26,119 nucleotides of DNA. Origin: an uncultured Fidelibacterota bacterium. Its GTDB lineage: Bacteria; Fidelibacterota; Marinisomatia; Marinisomatales; UBA1611. Both the position numbers and the translations under genes were made by a program. The number at the start of each line of letters is the position of its first letter. Position 1 is the stretch's first letter. The DNA lies in contig CAJWHW010000027.1 in assembly GCA_913040915.1 (NCBI GenBank), positions 1 through 26,119 of the forward strand. Direction: 5' to 3'. The notes under the pieces were generated by a model that was not told the origin of the DNA, searched no databases, and saw nothing but the letters and a program-made list of their open reading frames with translations. Shown here one piece after another: positions 25,007-26,119 of the stretch.

Positions 25007-26119
25007 ATGGATTTAATTGGTATCATTTTTATTCTATACCTTGGACTTCTCTTGGGTGTAGGTGTTTGGACTTTCAAATTTAATAAAACACAAGAAGATT
25101 ATCTACTGGCGGGACGAAAACTTGGACCATGGGTAACAGCATTCTCTGAGCGAGCATCAGGAGAATCTGCATGGTTGTTGCTTGCTTTACCGGGAGCTGC
25201 TATTTCTATTGGTTTAGGTGAATCTTGGACAGTAATTGGTATTATTTTAGGTATTAGTGCTTCCTGGCTAATTATTGCCGAAAAACTTAGAGAAGAGACT
25301 GAAAAGTACAATGCACTAACGATTCCGGAATATCTTCACCGGCGTTTTAATGATACCAGCAATATAATTCGATTGTTTTCAGCAATTATTATTGCATTCT
25401 TTTTTATGTTTTACGTATCAGCTCAGTTTCATGCTTCAGGTAAGGTATTGAATTCACTCTTTAGATTGGATCCAATTATGGGTATATCTATTGGAGCTGC
25501 AGTTATTATATTATACACTTTAATGGGTGGCTTTTATGCCGTAGCATGGACTGACCTTCTACAAGGTATTTTGATGCTTGGGACTTTAGTTATTTTGCCT
25601 ATCGCTGGATTTCTTGAATTGTCAGGATCTGAAAAATCAATACCAGTTAGTTTGTCTATAGCAGATCAAGTATTTCATAATAATAATGATTCATATTTTA
25701 TGGGTAAGAGAGGTATAGCTGCATTTATAACAGCATTAGGTGGTCTAAGTTGGGGGCTTGGCTATTTAGGACAGCCTCATCTTGTTATTCGATATATGGC
25801 TATTCGTAGTTCAAAGGAAATAAAAATAGCACGTAATATTGCGATTGCCTGGGCATTACCCGGGGTTACAGGTGCATTTTTGGTAGGAATTGTTGCACTC
25901 TTGTATTTTGGACCTGAATATTTCCAAGCTGTAGATCCTGAACAGTCTATGCCGCTTCTTGCTAGTCAATTACTCCACCCAATTCTTGCAGGATTATTCA
26001 TTTCCGGTGCAGTAGCTGCAATGATGTCAACAGCTGATTCCCAGTTATTAGTATCAACTTCAGCTGTAACGGAAGATTTAGGTGTGGGGTTTACTGCAAA
26101 AGAAAAAAAAATAACAGCA
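25007..26119 (+). CDS. Sodium:solute symporter, PutP-like (3' end beyond the window)
   Basis: Not in the ORF track because no stop falls in the window. Translates as MDLIGIIFILYLGLLLGVGVW...EDYLLAGRKLGPWVTAFSERASGESAWLLLALPG...GGFYAVAWTD...WGLGYLGQPH...AAMMSTADSQLL, typical of the SSS family. Confidence 0.92.
   Translation, partial: MDLIGIIFILYLGLLLGVGVWTFKFNKTQEDYLLAGRKLGPWVTAFSERASGESAWLLLALPGAAISIGLGESWTVIGIILGISASWLIIAEKLREETEKYNALTIPEYLHRRFNDTSNIIRLFSAIIIAFFFMFYVSAQFHASGKVLNSLFRLDPIMGISIGAAVIILYTLMGGFYAVAWTDLLQGILMLGTLVILPIAGFLELSGSEKSIPVSLSIADQVFHNNNDSYFMGKRGIAAFITALGGLSWGLGYLGQPHLVIRYMAIRSSKEIKIARNIAIAWALPGVTGAFLVGIVALLYFGPEYFQAVDPEQSMPLLASQLLHPILAGLFISGAVAAMMSTADSQLLVSTSAVTEDLGVGFTAKEKKITA

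Noticed and set aside
1680..25311. Short minus-strand and nested ORFs overlapping the long genes
   Set aside because: All lie within or across well-supported + strand genes and resemble no protein family, so they are shadow ORFs.

Overview
AT-rich bacterial chromosomal window (roughly one third G+C by eye) with every credible gene on the + strand. Gene content points to an FCB-superphylum organism, plausibly Marinimicrobia/Marinisomatota (inference). Order: (1) end of an rRNA operon (23S 3' end, 5S, terminator); (2) a tightly coupled four-gene cluster encoding an unknown secreted protein, a periplasmic FecR-domain protein, a 919-aa outer-membrane beta-barrel and a CHASE2 class III adenylate cyclase, which together look like a trans-envelope cAMP signalling system; (3) a PorX-like REC-PglZ regulator followed by tsaE-tsaB-rimI-accD-surE-guaA; (4) glmS; (5) an unannotated 32-aa basic ORF carrying the only strong Shine-Dalgarno at a gene start in the window; (6) a secreted protein of 62 tandem MORN repeats with higher-order internal duplications; (7) envelope genes (lipoprotein, LpoA-like protein, pgeF, uppP) and a sodium:solute symporter cut by the window end. 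No mobile element, CRISPR array or tRNA was seen. All family calls come from motif recognition; no searches were run.
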